32,000 bases of DNA, from NCBI GenBank assembly GCA_047651235.1, contig CP178758.1, forward strand, positions 450,001 through 482,000. The letters run 5' to 3'. Source of the stretch: Candidatus Electrothrix yaqonensis (GTDB taxonomy: Bacteria; Desulfobacterota; Desulfobulbia; Desulfobulbales; Desulfobulbaceae). Below the pieces are notes generated by a model. That model searched no databases, was not told the DNA's origin, and saw only the letters and a list, made by a program, of their open reading frames with translations. The position numbers and the translations under genes are program-made. How positions within the stretch are numbered: the stretch's first letter is position 1; every line of letters starts with the position of its first letter. Positions 7,620 through 16,481 of this stretch are shown in pieces.

Positions 7620-9899
7620 TCAAAACTGAAACGGAGAAAATTTCAGTTTCCTCAGAATCCTGCCGACTAACGTTCTTCGTACTGCGTCCAGTTTGTATTC
7701 CAGCACAGCAACACGTTGCCGCATTGCGGCGGCATTTTCCTGGAGTTCCCTCAAACGCAGCCGTTCCTCTTCCATCCGCAGCCGGGCATTTTCTTTCATT
7801 TCCGCCATGAGGCGCCTCTGGGTCCGCATCTCCTCCAGCACTGTCTGATAATCCGAAGACTTCGGCCAGTCAAGGACCGCTTCAAACTGCAGCTGCCCTT
7901 GACAACTCTGTTCTATAACCGGTTCCGGCAGTTCAAGGATAATTCGAGGATCATCGTTGACAGAAAAAAACACATCACCCATGATCGAAGCGCAGTAATG
8001 CAGATTTTCCAGAATGGCCGCTTCCGCAATTCTGCTGCTGCCGACCGCCTCCCAGAGTATGCGGCCTTCCGCTGACTCCTCCGTGGTCTGCCGGAGCGTC
8101 AGGCGATGCAGATGAAGAAAACCCGGCCTGTCTCCGGGATCAAAGCGGAGAATCTTCAGCTGTTCAACATCATCCGGCAGGGGAAAGAAAACAGTCTGCT
8201 GGTCCCGGCCTGTATGCGCTTTGACGCTCGTGCTGTTGTCAGCAGACAGGGGGGTGGTTTCTGTGATCCAGAAGAGTTCAGTATTGAACAGAGTGCTCTG
8301 ATATGTCCTGATGGCCTGCTGAAGGGGCTGGTACAAGACTGCCCGTACCTGATCCGCGCCCTGATTCGGATCAATACTGTGCTGCACCAGCCCTTCCTGC
8401 TCAATAAAGGCGGGCAGAAGCTGTTCATGCTCCAGAGCAAGCAGCTGAAAACCGAACCGGATGAATTCGGCAAGCGTGACCAGATTCTCTTCCGCCATGC
8501 GGCAGCTCAGGTGGGTGTCATGGGCAAAGCCGAACCAGAGTAGGGCGCGGAACAGAATGAATTCAGCACTGATCTCTGCACAGTCAACAGCCCATTCCTG
8601 ATCAAAAATCTGATATTGACCTTGCTGATCAACGATAATGTTAAAGGGCAGCAGATCAAGATATTTTCCCGGCTGTTCAGATTCCTCCAGTTTGGTGAGC
8701 AGAAATTGATAATACTCCTGGAGCAGTTGGTTGAACGCACCTGTCCTGCCGCCTAGAACCAGCGCATCAAGCCAGAGTTCAGCCAGCAGCGGCCCCTGAA
8801 GATATGCCTGGGAGGACGGGGCATGAGCCACTGCTGCGCCTCCCGCTTCATCCGCTGTTGTTTTTGCTTCAACCTGTTTTTTGACCACAACAGGCTGCTG
8901 TTTTTCTTTGTACGTAACTGTATGATACCTGTCCTGCTGCTGATTTTTTGACAGCCGGATAAAATCGTAAGGAAAGACTGCTGCCGGAGGCCCCTCTTCT
9001 TTGGCTGCAAGAATGAGGAAGGAGTTGGCAAAATCAGCCAGATAACCGGATTGATGCAGAGACTTCCAGCAGAGAAATTCATCCTGATCCGGCAGCCAGT
9101 CCGGTGCATATAAATCTCTGGACCGCAGCCGGTAGAGCAGGGAATGGGCATGGAGATCGGTGCGGATAAACGCATCAGACAGGATCAGGTCGGCAAACTG
9201 ATGATCTGGGAAGGGATACAGGAAGCGAGAGGTCGGTACTTCTGCCTGCCTAAGGATATCAAGCCACTCATTGCGGCAGAACATCCGGGAGTTCTGAGCA
9301 GCCGAGCCGTAGCTCCACAGCCCGGTGTACGGCCTGCCGTAATGCTCTTCTGTCGCGCCCAGCCAATATTTCAGGCCCAGCCGGTTGCCAGCCCCGATGA
9401 CCAGCAACCCGTTTTCCGCAAGGCTGTCCATGAGGAGGCGCAGACAGGCGGCAAGCTCTCCGGCAGCACTGTTTTCCTCTTTCCCGCCAGTACCGCTGTC
9501 CAGCACCGGCGCCAGCAGATCCGGGAGCGGCGGGATCAGGAGGATAAGATCATACTGCTGCTGCAGGGCCGCCTTTATTTCCTCTGCTTCTGCGGCAAAG
9601 GTAACATTGCTTAGATCGGCACAGCGCAGCCGGGCTACTGCTAGGCAGTCCCGTCCGGTCTTAATCCCGGTGACCTGATGGCCCTGCTCGCCAAGATATC
9701 TGGACAGGATGCCGCCGGAACAGCCGATCTCCAGGACGCTGAGTTTTGGTCCAAGGAGCAATGGTCGCAGGATATTTATCCGGTCCGGATTCAGATGATA
9801 CTCTGTTTCTCCGTTAACCCAAGTCCTTGCCAGTTCCGGAGAATTGACAGAGGTATCCTCTGCATTGTTCAAAATATCCTGGACAAATTTTATATCCAT
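7620..9899 (-). CDS. Multidomain class I SAM-dependent methyltransferase with central kinase-like segment and C-terminal coiled coil (WbdD-like layout)
   Basis: Motif I VLEIGCSGGILSRYL at aa ~54-68. NRLGLKYWLGATEEHYGRPYTGL and YPFPDHQ segments are typical of large polysaccharide-locus methyltransferases. YLDLLPFNIIVD...IFDQEW (aa ~413-436) resembles a kinase catalytic loop plus metal-binding Asp. Aa ~686-742 is heptad-rich and charged (RLRMEEERLRLRELQENAAAMRQRVAVLEYKLDAV), followed by a basic amphipathic tail (LVGRILRKLKFSPFQF). Confidence 0.8.
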   Translation of the reverse strand: MDIKFVQDILNNAEDTSVNSPELARTWVNGETEYHLNPDRINILRPLLLGPKLSVLEIGCSGGILSRYLGEQGHQVTGIKTGRDCLAVARLRCADLSNVTFAAEAEEIKAALQQQYDLILLIPPLPDLLAPVLDSGTGGKEENSAAGELAACLRLLMDSLAENGLLVIGAGNRLGLKYWLGATEEHYGRPYTGLWSYGSAAQNSRMFCRNEWLDILRQAEVPTSRFLYPFPDHQFADLILSDAFIRTDLHAHSLLYRLRSRDLYAPDWLPDQDEFLCWKSLHQSGYLADFANSFLILAAKEEGPPAAVFPYDFIRLSKNQQQDRYHTVTYKEKQQPVVVKKQVEAKTTADEAGGAAVAHAPSSQAYLQGPLLAELWLDALVLGGRTGAFNQLLQEYYQFLLTKLEESEQPGKYLDLLPFNIIVDQQGQYQIFDQEWAVDCAEISAEFILFRALLWFGFAHDTHLSCRMAEENLVTLAEFIRFGFQLLALEHEQLLPAFIEQEGLVQHSIDPNQGADQVRAVLYQPLQQAIRTYQSTLFNTELFWITETTPLSADNSTSVKAHTGRDQQTVFFPLPDDVEQLKILRFDPGDRPGFLHLHRLTLRQTTEESAEGRILWEAVGSSRIAEAAILENLHYCASIMGDVFFSVNDDPRIILELPEPVIEQSCQGQLQFEAVLDWPKSSDYQTVLEEMRTQRRLMAEMKENARLRMEEERLRLRELQENAAAMRQRVAVLEYKLDAVRRTLVGRILRKLKFSPFQF

Positions 9900-9921
9900 T
9901 TACTCTTTTTTGATCAATCGA

Positions 9922-10917
9922 TTATGTATTTTCAGCAAGCCGGCCGAATTTCCCGATCAAGCCGTGCAGCAGGCCCTTGAGGACCATCCGCAGTTCCGTC
10001 TTTTTTCTTTCCCGCAGACAGCGGAAGGCGTGCCGCAGATGCAGAGCTGTCCAATAGGAGAAGAGCACTGGAATGGATAAACGTAGGTGTTTGCGAATAT
10101 AAAGGAAGCGGTTTCGGACGGTATAATAGGTATATATTCCACCCCGATTGCCGTGTGAGGCGGAGAGATCATGCATGGCCGAGGCCAGCGGCTGCACGGC
10201 TGTACGGCAGCAGATGCCGGAAGGCAGCCGTTGTTTCTGTGCCCTTGTACAAAAATCAGCGATCTCACCGCTGAAAAAATAGTCTTCATCCAGCAGACCG
10301 ATTTGGTTAAATAGGGATGCACGGATAAGACAGATGGTGCCGGAAACATAGTCCACATCGTAGAGCGCATCCGGCTGCACAGGGGTCTTGAAATGAGAAA
10401 TATAATGACGACCGATATCCCTGCCGCCTGCGTTCAGTATGCCGCCGTTGTTATCACGGATGATCGGCCCGATAATACCGAGCTTCGGCTCTGCGTCCAT
10501 TGCCTGCTCCAAGAGGCGAAAATCCTTTTCTTCAATCCGGGCATCGTTGTTCATCAGCAGGATATATGCACACCCGTCCTTGAGGGCCCTGCGGATGCCG
10601 ACATTATTGCCGCCGGCGTAACCGAGGTTGCTGTCGTTTTGGATAAGCACGATATGCTGACAGTTCTGCTGGATTTGCTCCTGATCAGCCGGGGCCGAGT
10701 TGTTATCAACCACATAGATGGTTGTTTCATCAGTAAGAAAGGACTGCAGTTGCCGGACACAGCCGACCGTATCTTTGGCCGCGTTCCAGTTGAGAATGAT
10801 GATACCGGTTCGTTGCATGGATTGTTCACCGCAAGAGGAGTTATTGCGACAGCAGGGCTGCATGTACTGCCCAGTCGCCGAACAGAAAACTGCCATACTG
10901 TAGTTATACTTATACAT
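9922..10917 (-). CDS. Family 2 glycosyltransferase
   Basis: GIIILNWNAAKDTVGCVRQL, YVVDNNS and LLMNNDA (DxD-type) motifs. A more typical GT2 N-terminus would start at the ATG at 10818 (MQRTGIIILNWN); the longest ORF, starting at 10917, overlaps the end of the Sir2 remnant by 8 nt. Confidence 0.85.
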   Translation of the reverse strand: MYKYNYSMAVFCSATGQYMQPCCRNNSSCGEQSMQRTGIIILNWNAAKDTVGCVRQLQSFLTDETTIYVVDNNSAPADQEQIQQNCQHIVLIQNDSNLGYAGGNNVGIRRALKDGCAYILLMNNDARIEEKDFRLLEQAMDAEPKLGIIGPIIRDNNGGILNAGGRDIGRHYISHFKTPVQPDALYDVDYVSGTICLIRASLFNQIGLLDEDYFFSGEIADFCTRAQKQRLPSGICCRTAVQPLASAMHDLSASHGNRGGIYTYYTVRNRFLYIRKHLRLSIPVLFSYWTALHLRHAFRCLRERKKTELRMVLKGLLHGLIGKFGRLAENT

Positions 10918-11646
10918 TCATCCCCAGAATGTCAGGTACTATTTCTTCTGCTTTTCCCAGATATTGCTCTTTGAATGCAGGATTATTAGGTTTCATTTCA
11001 GTCAGATTGATTAAAATGGTTCTTGCTCCAGCATATTCTGCAGATCGGACAAAATATGAAGCTGGTGACACTGTACCGGAAGTACCTATTGCTATAAAAA
11101 GATCACAAGTTCTCAATGCCTTTTTTGACAACCATTCTTCTTTAACAGGAAGACTTTCGTTAAACAACACGATATCAGGTCGCAAAACAGATCCGCATTC
11201 AGGGCAACAAGGGAGTTTGTCATTATAAGAGTTTTTAAATCATGAAAAGGTGTTAATGTACATTTTTTGTTTCTGCACCGTGTTTTAAAAATATTGCCGT
11301 GTAACTCGACTACATTTTTGCTGCCCGACTTTCTGTGCAGTCCATCAGTATTTTGAGTGATTAAAGTAAAATTTTTATTATCATCAAGTTGTTCTTTAAT
11401 TTTTGCCAGCGTAAAATGCGCTATATTTGGTTCTGCTTGAGATATTTCATGTCTCATTGCTCCATATCGTCTCCAGATCAAAAAAGGGTTGTTATCTAAT
11501 GTCTCAACAGTAGGATATTCACAGCTATCTGCATTTTCAAAGATTCCTCCCGGTCCTCTGTAAGATTTTATTCCGGAAGCGACAGATATACCTGCACCTG
11601 TCAATACAACAATCTCTGAATATTGTTATAAATTTACTTTCTGCAT
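10910..11646 (-). pseudogene. Sir2/CobB-type NAD-dependent deacylase, disrupted by an in-frame TAA and a frameshift
   Basis: Sirtuin motifs are present in order: VVLTGAGISVASGI, TQNTDGLHRKSG, VELHG, CCPECG, LRPDIVLFNE, IGTSGTV. The ATG at 11646 directly abuts the upstream GT2 stop, but codon 7 is TAA (11626-11628). The reading frame shifts near the T/A run at 11232-11240, splitting the gene into track ORFs 11113..11604 and 10910..11185. The region is visibly more AT-rich than its flanks. Confidence 0.7.
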
Positions 11647-13128
11647 TTATTCGTCCCGTCGGTTATCAAGATAATGCAGCAGGGAATTCATCCCGGCAGG
11701 TATTTGGCAGGTTTTTCTGTACGCTTCCGGGTCAAACGAAGCATTAGGCCTGCGGTTTTCCTGCCAGCCTGTTTTACAGTAATGGATCAGCGGATCGATT
11801 TCTCGAAAAAAGACATCCGGGTATTGGCGCAAATAAAATTCCCGGTCAAAAAAACCGGAGCGGAGAATAACCCGATAGGCCCTGTTGGTGCAGAAAAGCA
11901 GCAACCTTTCCGCAATATTTTTGAGAGAGAATGACCGTCGTCTCGCTTTGCTGGCAATATATTCCTGCAGACCGGCAAGCGCGGGCCGGGCAGCGGCAAG
12001 TTCCTGGTTGAGCTTAGTGATGAGATGCTCCGGTACAGATTCACCGATGATCAGATACTCCAGTTCCACTATCAGGCTTGTTTCGCCCTGCGGGAATCCA
12101 TCCGGGCGGATCGTCAGCTGTGGTTCCTTGGTGGTGAAATAATAGAGGCCAGCTTCAACAAGGACAGCATTTGTCTCAAACGGTACCTCTTCGGCATCTC
12201 CATCCCCGATCTTTACCTGCACCGATCTGATGTTGATGATCGCCTGCTCATTGACCGGGCACAGCTCCAGCACGGCATCTCCATCCAATTGGACCTGCTC
12301 AAAGACCAACACCTTTGTCTGGAGATCCACCCTTCTGATGCCGAGTACTTGCCGTTCCTCGCTGTTCCGTTTACGGCAAAAAAGGATTGCTTCAAGATAT
12401 ACGCCCTTAATGTCCACCAGCTGGTCAAAGAGAACACCAATATGCTGTTTATACAGAGCTTCGTGTTTATGGAAAATTTTAACCAGAATTTCGACCTTCT
12501 GCTTTTTTTCCCGGCTGCGCAGCATGGAATCAGACCGGATGCGGTAGTCAAACAGGATCTCCGGGATCCTTTGCACCTTTCGTCCCCGCTCGATCAGAGA
12601 AAGCCAGAAATCGTAATCCTCCCAGCCGTGGATCATTGCCGGGTCAAAGCCGCCCGCTTTCTCCCAGTCTGCCTTGCGGAAAAAGGAGGTGCAGAAGATA
12701 ACGTTGTTGAGCAGCATCTCCTCCAGACTGTATTCCGGCAGGGGCCATTCGCTGTCCCGGTCGCCGAAATATTGGGCCTTACAGTAAACAATACCCAGTT
12801 CCGGATCTGCGTCCAGCAGGCGGACCGCCTGCTCCAGATAAGTCGGGCCGATACGGTCATCTGCATCCAGAGGCAGGATGTACTCTCCCTGCGCCGCGCG
12901 GATACCGTTGTTCCGGGCCACAGGCAGTCCTTGGTTGTTCGTATGCACAACCCGTGTTTTGGGGAAATTCAGCTCATGAAGATGCCGGATGGTGAACGGG
13001 TCAGTAGACCCGTCATTGACGACAATGATCTCGAAATCCTGCCAGGTCTGGGCAAGGACGGAATTGATGGCCTCATCAACAAACTGCCCCTGGTTATAGC
13101 AGGGGATAATAACGGAAACGCGGGGCAT
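11647..13128 (-). CDS. Family 2 glycosyltransferase with ~260-aa C-terminal extension
   Basis: N-terminus VSVIIPCYNQGQFVDEAINSVLAQTWQDFEIIVVNDGS and LPLDADD (DxD) are classic GT2. The C-terminal half has no catalytic motif I recognise and ends in FDREFYLRQYPDV...HYCKTGWQENRRPNASFDPEAY. Confidence 0.85.
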   Translation of the reverse strand: MPRVSVIIPCYNQGQFVDEAINSVLAQTWQDFEIIVVNDGSTDPFTIRHLHELNFPKTRVVHTNNQGLPVARNNGIRAAQGEYILPLDADDRIGPTYLEQAVRLLDADPELGIVYCKAQYFGDRDSEWPLPEYSLEEMLLNNVIFCTSFFRKADWEKAGGFDPAMIHGWEDYDFWLSLIERGRKVQRIPEILFDYRIRSDSMLRSREKKQKVEILVKIFHKHEALYKQHIGVLFDQLVDIKGVYLEAILFCRKRNSEERQVLGIRRVDLQTKVLVFEQVQLDGDAVLELCPVNEQAIINIRSVQVKIGDGDAEEVPFETNAVLVEAGLYYFTTKEPQLTIRPDGFPQGETSLIVELEYLIIGESVPEHLITKLNQELAAARPALAGLQEYIASKARRRSFSLKNIAERLLLFCTNRAYRVILRSGFFDREFYLRQYPDVFFREIDPLIHYCKTGWQENRRPNASFDPEAYRKTCQIPAGMNSLLHYLDNRRDE

Positions 13129-13179
13129 GCAGTTTTTTTTCAGTCAACATCAAGGGATTTTTCGGCACGCAAGTGCAAG

Positions 13180-14259
13180 TCAGTTTTCCTGAAAAAGCTC
13201 CGTATACGCACCATAGCCCTCTTTTTTCAGATCCCCTGCCGGAATAAAACGAAGCGCGGCTGAGTTCATGCAGTAGCGCAGCCTGGTCGGTTCCGGCCCG
13301 TCGTCAAACACATGCCCAAGATGCGAATCACCATGTTTGCTGCGAACTTCCGTGCGCACACTGAACCAGCTTCGGTCTTCCCGTTCGACAATATTTTCCG
13401 GGGCAAGAGGTTTGCTAAAGCTCGGCCAGCCGGTGCCGGATTTGTATTTGTCCAGCGAGCTGAACAGGGGTTCCCCGGAAACGATGTCCACGTAAATCCC
13501 GGGTCGGGTATTGTCCCAGTAGGTATTCTTAAAGGCCGGTTCCGTGCCGTCTTCCTGGGTGACTTTGTACTGGAGCGGGGTCAGGCGTTTTTTCAGCTCT
13601 TCCCGGCTCGGTCTGCTGTAGTTTATCCTTCCATCTTTACCGTCATTCCCGGCAGTTTTCAGAGGAACCTCCTTACCTTCCCAGAGTTCCTCAAGTCGCT
13701 GATCCCGCCCGCATTTAAAGCGGTAGAACTTATACCGTATCGGATTCTTTTCCGAGTAATTCTGATGATACGCTTCTGCCGGATAAAAGGTGCCTGCCTT
13801 TCTGATCCTGGTGGCAATGGGCTGCTCAAGCAGCCCGGATGCTTCCAAGGTCGCCTTTGACTCTTCAGCCTGTTTTTTCTGTGCTTCTGTGGTATAGAAA
13901 ATCGCTGTTGAATAGGCATGGCCCCGATCACAAAACTGGCCGCCCGGATCAATCGGATCAATCTTTCGCCAAAAAATATCGAGGAGTTTTGTATACGGAA
14001 TCACAGCGGGATCATAGGTGATTTGGACGATCTCTATATGCCCTTTCCGTACATAATCGTCATACGTGGGATTCGCGCCGGTTCCGCCGGTATAGCCGGA
14101 AACAACCTCCTGTACGCCCTTGACTTTCTGGAAATCCGCCTCCATGCACCAGAAGCAGCCACCGGCAAGGATAGCCTGTTCCGTATTCTGTCCGGCAAAA
14201 GCCTCAGTCAACATTCCCCAGCCTGCCAGGAAGACGATCATTGGAATCAACGGTTTCAT
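13180..14259 (-). CDS. msrAB: Secreted bifunctional methionine sulfoxide reductase MsrA-MsrB fusion
   Basis: MsrA motif GGCFWCME and MsrB motifs [17 protein letters not shown] and RYCMNSAAL. The likely start is the ATG at 14259 (GGAGAA RBS), giving the signal peptide [22 protein letters not shown]. The track ORF extends to 14328. Confidence 0.9.
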   Translation of the reverse strand: MKPLIPMIVFLAGWGMLTEAFAGQNTEQAILAGGCFWCMEADFQKVKGVQEVVSGYTGGTGANPTYDDYVRKGHIEIVQITYDPAVIPYTKLLDIFWRKIDPIDPGGQFCDRGHAYSTAIFYTTEAQKKQAEESKATLEASGLLEQPIATRIRKAGTFYPAEAYHQNYSEKNPIRYKFYRFKCGRDQRLEELWEGKEVPLKTAGNDGKDGRINYSRPSREELKKRLTPLQYKVTQEDGTEPAFKNTYWDNTRPGIYVDIVSGEPLFSSLDKYKSGTGWPSFSKPLAPENIVEREDRSWFSVRTEVRSKHGDSHLGHVFDDGPEPTRLRYCMNSAALRFIPAGDLKKEGYGAYTELFQEN

Positions 14260-14317
14260 GCTCTTCTCCTTTTCCGGTGAAGTTTCCGGTCGTTGATGAC
14301 ATTTGCATGAGGAGTCG

Positions 14318-14752
14318 TTACACGGCAACTTCGGTCTCAGTCATCGGATCAAAGGAAATCTCCATTGAGCGGACCGGGCAGACTGCCACGCAGAGGCCGC
14401 AGGCCGTACACTTTTCAGGATCAAAAATAACCTCCATGTCCGGACGCCGGATGTAGAGTGCTCCTACCGGGCAGATACCGGTACAGGCACCGCACTGAAA
14501 GCATTTCTTTTCATCTCTGTGTACTTTTCCGGCAAGCCGCTCCGCTTTGACGCCAAGACTTTTCAGATAATCCAGGGCATCTCCCACTTTTTCTTTCTGT
14601 CCTTTGAACTCAAGAATCAGAATGCCGTCCCGCTGGGGCCGGATATCCGCCTTGAGAATATTGAATTCCACATCATAACGTTTTACCAGATGGCAAACAA
14701 CCGGCTGATTCGAGGTTTCTTTCGGGTAACGGAGAAAGTATATTCTGGTCAT
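14318..14752 (-). CDS. NIL-domain / 2x[4Fe-4S] ferredoxin fusion protein
   Basis: The N-terminal ~75 aa resemble the NIL domain ([34 protein letters not shown]). The C-terminus has two CxxCxxCxxxCP motifs ([24 protein letters not shown]). Confidence 0.8.
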   Translation of the reverse strand: MTRIYFLRYPKETSNQPVVCHLVKRYDVEFNILKADIRPQRDGILILEFKGQKEKVGDALDYLKSLGVKAERLAGKVHRDEKKCFQCGACTGICPVGALYIRRPDMEVIFDPEKCTACGLCVAVCPVRSMEISFDPMTETEVAV

Positions 14753-14776
14753 GGCAGCAGGTCTCCTGTTAAGTAT

Positions 14777-15337
14777 TCAAAAATGATGCAGCTGTTTCAG
14801 TAACTGTTCCGGTTCCGCTTCAGTATCAAGGGAGATGAGCTGTTCTGCGGCAAGCTCATCCGGGGACTCGAATTTTTCTTTCTGGCGGACAAAGATCTCC
14901 CATCGACCGTCGGAAACTGCATCCGGGTCCTGGGCACGCAGTTCCAGACGACGCTTTGTTTCCTGTTCGGAACAGAAGCAGAGGATAAAACGTATCCGGA
15001 TATCGAGGACACCGAGGGTGTCTGCCAGTTTTTTGACCTTGTCCCTGTCCGTCTGTCGGCTGTAGGAGCCGTCCAGGACTACACCTCCTGCTCCCTGTTT
15101 CAGATTCTGAGCCACTCTGTCCAGCATGGTCTGATAGGTCTTTTCCGTGAACGCAGGCGTGTAGATTCCGCTGTTCATGTCGTCGGGTCGACGTTCGTTG
15201 GCAGCAATACCGGCCAGTTCTTTGCGGACCCGGTCGGTATTGTAATAAGGAAATCCCTGTTCCGCAGCGAACAGTTGGGCAAGAGTGGATTTTCCCGAAG
15301 CAATCAGGCCGAAGAAAATGTAGAGGTTCTGAGGCAT
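14777..15337 (-). CDS. P-loop kinase-like ATPase (AAA_33 / zeta-toxin-like fold)
   Basis: Walker A FFGLIASGKSTLA at the N-terminus. Size (~186 aa) and overall pattern fit small nucleotide/sugar kinase-like P-loop proteins. The start lies 36 nt downstream of the APH-like gene. Confidence 0.75.
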   Translation of the reverse strand: MPQNLYIFFGLIASGKSTLAQLFAAEQGFPYYNTDRVRKELAGIAANERRPDDMNSGIYTPAFTEKTYQTMLDRVAQNLKQGAGGVVLDGSYSRQTDRDKVKKLADTLGVLDIRIRFILCFCSEQETKRRLELRAQDPDAVSDGRWEIFVRQKEKFESPDELAAEQLISLDTEAEPEQLLKQLHHF

Positions 15338-15373
15338 GTTTTGCGGTAATGGTACTTTATCGATAACTGAAGG

Positions 15374-16396
15374 TCAAGCCGTGTAGCCTGCTGCAAGGGC
15401 GAAATATTTGGCAGCCGCCTCAGTGCTGCTTTGCCGCACAGCCTCATCCACTGCCGGGTCGGCAGCAGTGAACAGCCCTATTTTGCCGCGCACATAGGCC
15501 CGGTAGCATGTATAAAAATTCAGCATTTCTCTCAGGCCATTATCTCCGGAACGCGCACAGAACTGCTCAATACAGTACTCTGACAGTTCATTCAACCCGT
15601 GAAAATCCAGGTCCATTGCCAGGAAGGCAACATCACTGGCCACATCACAGTAGCGGAAACGCTGATTGAATTCAATGCAGTCGTAAATATATACGTCATC
15701 GGCAAGGCAGATATTTGCCGAATAGAGGTCGCCGTGGCAGTCGCGAATACGGCCGTCCCGGATGCGACGGCTGAACAGCTCCTCCTGCGCCAGAAAGGAT
15801 TTTGCCCAGCCGGAAATTTTATCAAACTGCTCCTGCGCAAGGGCGCCGGTGCCGATAAAACCTTCGGTCTGCTCAAAATTCTCCAGCACATTGACGGCCA
15901 CAGATTCCGCTGTCCCGAACTGGTCGATTTCATCGTTCCGATCAGCCTGCTGATAAAACGGCAGCAGTTTATTGACAATGGCGTCAATATGGGGCCGGTC
16001 CAGCTCTCCGGCCCGGATCAGATTGCCCATCATACGTTCTTCGGGCATCCTTGCCATCCTGACGCCGTACTCCACAATTTCGTCGCTGCCGTTCAGTGTA
16101 TAGCCGATATCGTTCTCTTTGGTGACAGTCACCAGATCACGATAAATCTCCGGACAGAGGCGGCGGTTGAGCAGCAGCTCCTGTTCACAGCAATACTGCC
16201 GTTTTTCCAGGGTGGAGAAATCAAGAAAACCGAAATTCACCGGTTTCTTGAACTTGCAGACAACATCATCGGCAAGCAGAACAAAGGAAATATGGGTCTG
16301 CACAAGCTGCATTTCGCCGGGCAGCTCCGGAAGTCGGTTCGGCTGCAGCAGGGCAGTGAGAAAATCAGGCAGGTTGTCGTTGGACACGTTGGACAT
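15374..16396 (-). CDS. Aminoglycoside-phosphotransferase-fold (APH/ChoK-like) kinase family protein
   Basis: Catalytic-loop motif CHGDLYSANICL followed by IYDCIEFN (metal-binding Asp), in the order and spacing expected for the APH-type kinase fold. GGAG RBS upstream. Confidence 0.7.
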   Translation of the reverse strand: MSNVSNDNLPDFLTALLQPNRLPELPGEMQLVQTHISFVLLADDVVCKFKKPVNFGFLDFSTLEKRQYCCEQELLLNRRLCPEIYRDLVTVTKENDIGYTLNGSDEIVEYGVRMARMPEERMMGNLIRAGELDRPHIDAIVNKLLPFYQQADRNDEIDQFGTAESVAVNVLENFEQTEGFIGTGALAQEQFDKISGWAKSFLAQEELFSRRIRDGRIRDCHGDLYSANICLADDVYIYDCIEFNQRFRYCDVASDVAFLAMDLDFHGLNELSEYCIEQFCARSGDNGLREMLNFYTCYRAYVRGKIGLFTAADPAVDEAVRQSSTEAAAKYFALAAGYTA

Positions 16397-16481
16397 AATA
16401 TCTCCGGCTTCTGTTGTGTTTACAATGACGAATTACGTACGACAAGGAGGATAAAAGAAAGATACAGGAAAGCTGTTCCAT

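Noticed and set aside
12025-13263. A very long (412 aa) plus-strand ORF, and similar long antisense ORFs at 15599..16513, 17454..18236, 2281..3045, 26692..27396, 3999..4676 and 31211..31837.
   Set aside because: Each lies antisense to a gene with clear family motifs (GT2, APH-like kinase, histidine kinase, LolA-like and so on). Their translations have no recognisable motifs and a skewed composition. I treat them as shadow ORFs.
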